Assembly: GCA_947084945.1 (NCBI GenBank)
Contig: CAMTUP010000007.1
Span: 6,833 to 70,832 of the forward strand
Direction of reading: 5' to 3'
Length of the DNA: 64,000 nt
Source of the DNA: an uncultured Ignavibacteria bacterium
Lineage (GTDB): Bacteria > Bacteroidota > Ignavibacteria > Tepidaquicellales > OLB5
The first letter of the stretch is position 1, and every line of letters begins with the position of its first letter. A program made the position numbers and the translations under genes. The notes under the pieces were generated by a model. It saw only the letters and a list, made by a program, of their open reading frames with translations, had not been told where the DNA came from and did no database searches. Below are positions 60,874 through 64,000 of the stretch, piece by piece.

Positions 60874-61269
60874 TTATTTGCTTGTAATTTCAACTTCATT
60901 TGTAGCAATAACAGTACCATCATTTTTAAGGCAGCTTACTTTATATTTACCCGATTCTTTGAAATTTACATCATCAAAATGAATATAATCCCAGCTTGAT
61001 TGAACTGTAAAAGGAAAAGTATCAACAGCCTTGCCAGATGCAATATCTGTTACATTAACATCAACAGATGTAACCCCTATTGGTTTAGAGAGCTTTAGCA
61101 TTACAGTTACAGGTCCTACAGGAAACTTAGAACCTTCACCAATTTCTTTTGTGGTGTATTTTTCACAAAAATATAGCTTATCTCCGCCTGTAAGATTCTG
61201 AAGCTTTGAGCAAGATACTACTACTAAGAATAAGACAGCTAATGATACGAAAAGTTTAACTTTATTCAT
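60874..61269 (-). CDS. Hypothetical lipoprotein
   Basis: Lipobox VVSC; GGAG RBS. Confidence 0.75.
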   Translation of the reverse strand: MNKVKLFVSLAVLFLVVVSCSKLQNLTGGDKLYFCEKYTTKEIGEGSKFPVGPVTVMLKLSKPIGVTSVDVNVTDIASGKAVDTFPFTVQSSWDYIHFDDVNFKESGKYKVSCLKNDGTVIATNEVEITSK

Positions 61270-61346
61270 TTTATCTCCTTGATTAAATTTTCCCCTTTAG
61301 GAATTTATTGTGTAAAAATACTAAATTATCTGAAAACATAAAACTA

Positions 61347-61943
61347 TTATTTATCGCTGCTATTAAAATAGTTTAAGCCGTCAATTTCCCCCCACAAACC
61401 TTTTTTCTTTTCTCTTGCCTGGTTTTCAGCCTTTATGAACTCATTTTGTTTTGATACATTAAACTTACGGTAAGCATTGGCATAACCTTCTTCAACTATC
61501 TTAAGGTTTACAAATGTACCATCTTCAAGATAGACATATCTTAATAACCTTCCGTATCTATCTTTATCATCCCCTTTTGTATCAGGCATTAGAATTACTT
61601 TTTTGCCGCCAATAAGTCTTGTAGTGAAATCAGATGATAAAGCTCCCAGTTTCTTAATTGTTTCCTTATCTTTTCCTGTTCTCTCGAGGTCACGCTCAAG
61701 TTTATCGGAATCCCATTTTTCCGGCGTATCTATACCAAGCATTCTTACCTTTTCACTTTTGCCATTAGTTTCAACTTCAAAAGTATCGCCATCATTTACT
61801 TTTTTTACAAGATAAGCTCTATTATCTTTTGTATCTTTTTGTTCCAGTTTAGGAACGATATACTTCCATCCAAAATAAACCAGCAATCCTAATACTGCAA
61901 TTGTGAATACTGATTTAAAAATAAACTTAATTAATGATTTCAA
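61347..61943 (-). CDS. Thermonuclease (SNase) family protein, membrane anchored
   Basis: VNDGDT, VRMLGIDTPE, DRYGRLLRYV, AREKKKGLW. Confidence 0.93.
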   Translation of the reverse strand: MKSLIKFIFKSVFTIAVLGLLVYFGWKYIVPKLEQKDTKDNRAYLVKKVNDGDTFEVETNGKSEKVRMLGIDTPEKWDSDKLERDLERTGKDKETIKKLGALSSDFTTRLIGGKKVILMPDTKGDDKDRYGRLLRYVYLEDGTFVNLKIVEEGYANAYRKFNVSKQNEFIKAENQAREKKKGLWGEIDGLNYFNSSDK

Positions 61944-63246
61944 TTAAACGGTTTTTAAATATAGGTTTAACTTTTGTGATTTTAACACCTTTTTGCAGCA
62001 TGTCTTTAGTTGTGCTTACCTTTTCTACGGTTTCCCCATAAATTCTGCAAATAACATCATCAACTTTTACTTCATCACCTATTTTTTTATCAAGCAAAAT
62101 AGCTGAAGAATAATCAATTTTATCAACAATAGTCCTTCTTCCACATCCCAGGTTTACAGCAGCAAGTCCAAATGTTAAAGCATCTAATTCAGTAATATAA
62201 CCTGCCTTAGTTGCTTTAATTTCATCATAGAATTTAGATTCGGGATAAAGTTTTGTATCTTTAATAAATTTACTATCCCCACCCTGAAGCTCAACCATTG
62301 CAATAAATTTATTGTAACACTCACCGTTTAAAATCTTTTCAGATGATAACCTGATCCCCTCTTCAAATGTTTTACTTTTACCGGCAACTCTCAGCATCGC
62401 AGCAGCAAGCATCAATGTTAAATCAACTAAATCTTTTGATTGAGGTGATTTTTTTAAGGCAGGGTTCATTACTTCAATACACTCTTTTATTTCAGCCCAG
62501 TTACCTATTGCGTAACCTAAGGGTGAACTCATATCAGTTAATATTGCCAAAGCCTGCTGAGCGAAATCTTTTGAGGTTTTTAGTAATTTTAAAGCAAGTT
62601 CTTTTGATTTTTCGTAAGTAGGTAATGTTGAGCCGCTACCTACCTTAACATCATAGACAATTCCTTCAGAGCCTTCTGCAATTTTTTTACTTGTAATACT
62701 TGCAGTTATCAATCCAACATTTTCAACTGTTCCGGTAACATCTCTTAAGGCATAAATTTTTTTATCTGCAGGTGTGAGTTCATTGGTCTGCCCTATCATA
62801 GAAACATTGAGCTTTTCAAGGTTTGAAATAAATTGGGGAATACTTAAATTGACATTAAACCCGGGAATCGATTCCAGTTTATCTAATGTGCCGCCTGTAT
62901 GTCCCAATCCCCTGCCTGATATCATTGGCACAACTACATTAAAACATGCTATAAGCGGAGCAAGTATGATAGAAGTTTTATCTCCTACACCACCGGTTGA
63001 ATGCTTATCAACCTTAGGTTTTTTTATATGTGAAAGGTCAACTCTCTCACCGGAATTTATATATGCTTTCACAAATCCAAGGATTTCATCATCGTTTAAA
63101 CCCTTGAAATATATCGCCATTAACAGGGCAGATTTCTGATAATCAGGAATATTGCCTTTAACGTAATGAGAAATAAAATAATTTATTTCGTCCTCAGTTA
63201 ATATATCGCCATTTCTTTTCTTTTTGATGATTTCTACTGGATTCAT
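61927..63246 (-). CDS. pdp: Pyrimidine-nucleoside / thymidine phosphorylase
   Basis: DKHSTGGVGDK, SGRGLGHTGGTLDKLESIPG, PADKKIYALRDVT. Confidence 0.9.
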   Translation of the reverse strand: MNPVEIIKKKRNGDILTEDEINYFISHYVKGNIPDYQKSALLMAIYFKGLNDDEILGFVKAYINSGERVDLSHIKKPKVDKHSTGGVGDKTSIILAPLIACFNVVVPMISGRGLGHTGGTLDKLESIPGFNVNLSIPQFISNLEKLNVSMIGQTNELTPADKKIYALRDVTGTVENVGLITASITSKKIAEGSEGIVYDVKVGSGSTLPTYEKSKELALKLLKTSKDFAQQALAILTDMSSPLGYAIGNWAEIKECIEVMNPALKKSPQSKDLVDLTLMLAAAMLRVAGKSKTFEEGIRLSSEKILNGECYNKFIAMVELQGGDSKFIKDTKLYPESKFYDEIKATKAGYITELDALTFGLAAVNLGCGRRTIVDKIDYSSAILLDKKIGDEVKVDDVICRIYGETVEKVSTTKDMLQKGVKITKVKPIFKNRLIEIIN

Positions 63247-63400
63247 ATTACAAATATATAGGTTTAACTGAATTATTATCGTCAAAAATTTATCATATTA
63301 ATAATTATCTAAAAACTAACCTAAATCGGGTATATAATTAACGAATTATGGTAGATATTGTCTGTTGAAAAAAAACTGATAGAATACTATATTACACTAT

Positions 63401-63508
63401 TAACTCACCTTACGCATAAAAGATGATTCACAGACAGGAATGTCTGTGTTACTAACTCAGGTTGTGCCCTAAAACAGGGCAGACGGTAACGTAGCGTAAG
63501 GTGAGTTA
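63401..63508. mobile_element. 108-bp MITE/REPIN-like element
   Basis: TAACTCACCTTACGC TIRs; colinear with 35133-35240. Confidence 0.88.
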
Positions 63509-63618
63509 ATAATATCATTGCCCGCCAAACTAAGCTAAACTGGTTTAATAAGGAGGGTTAATCAAAGTTTGATTTTATTTAAATGGAATTTTTTAATAAT
63601 CAATTTAATAAATAATAT

Positions 63619-64000
63619 ATGAAACAGATAGTAATAATTTTTATAACTTTAATAACATTTTCACTTAATTCCAATTCTTCTGAAATGTATTGGAATGATG
63701 TTTCAGGCAATCAATTGAATATACCGGGTGAAAGGATACTCAATCCAACTACATTCAAAACATTTGAACTTAGCTATATGCCGTTCAAAATAATGTTAGA
63801 ATCAGCACCGCATGAAAGAAATGTTAATTTAAGAAACTCAAATTTCGTTATAAGCATCCCAATGCCGGATGGTTCTATTCAAAGATTCAATGTTATAGAA
63901 TATGCCATGATGGAACAGGGGCTTTCAGATAAATTTCCTGAATTAAGAACATTCTACGGTCAAGGTATAGATAATCCATTATCATCAGTTAGAATGGATA
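63619..64000 (+). CDS. Secreted reprolysin-like metalloprotease, N-terminal prodomain (runs off window end)
   Basis: Manual translation MKQIVIIFITLITFSL...ISIPMPDGSIQRF..IEYAMMEQGLSDKFPELRTFYGQGIDNP; catalytic motif not in window. Confidence 0.7.
   Translation, partial: MKQIVIIFITLITFSLNSNSSEMYWNDVSGNQLNIPGERILNPTTFKTFELSYMPFKIMLESAPHERNVNLRNSNFVISIPMPDGSIQRFNVIEYAMMEQGLSDKFPELRTFYGQGIDNPLSSVRMD

Overview
AT-rich chromosomal window, most likely from an Ignavibacteria-like (Bacteroidota/Chlorobiota-related) bacterium. This is inferred from many secreted proteins ending in a 'QNYPNPFNP...KKMxLxK' T9SS-type sorting domain and from TAnnTTTG promoter-like boxes. Housekeeping content: a TPP-riboswitch-controlled thiC-thiO-thiS-thiG operon, ruvX, an HU/IHF protein, three M16 peptidases plus MoxR, an M61 peptidase, ndh, rmuC, def-fmt, rpmB with a possible bL38 homolog, hldD, a DUF2723/GT-C/methyltransferase/GT9 glycosylation operon, lolC/E-lolD, an SbnI-like protein and a pyrimidine nucleoside phosphorylase. 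No rRNA, tRNA, CRISPR array or intact transposase was seen. The most unusual signal is a set of small, transposase-less repeat elements. (i) Single small genes or gene remnants (GxxExxY, four-helix bundle, GIY-YIG) are each bracketed by their own inverted repeats at gene junctions, with internally deleted or solo-end derivatives nearby. (ii) A 108-bp MITE-like family is present. (iii) Two insertions are flanked by 23-75 bp duplications of the downstream gene's start. (iv) 18-30 bp palindromic micro-elements sit inside terminators, inside other repeats and apparently in frame within proteins. All calls come from reading the sequence by eye; no searches were run.
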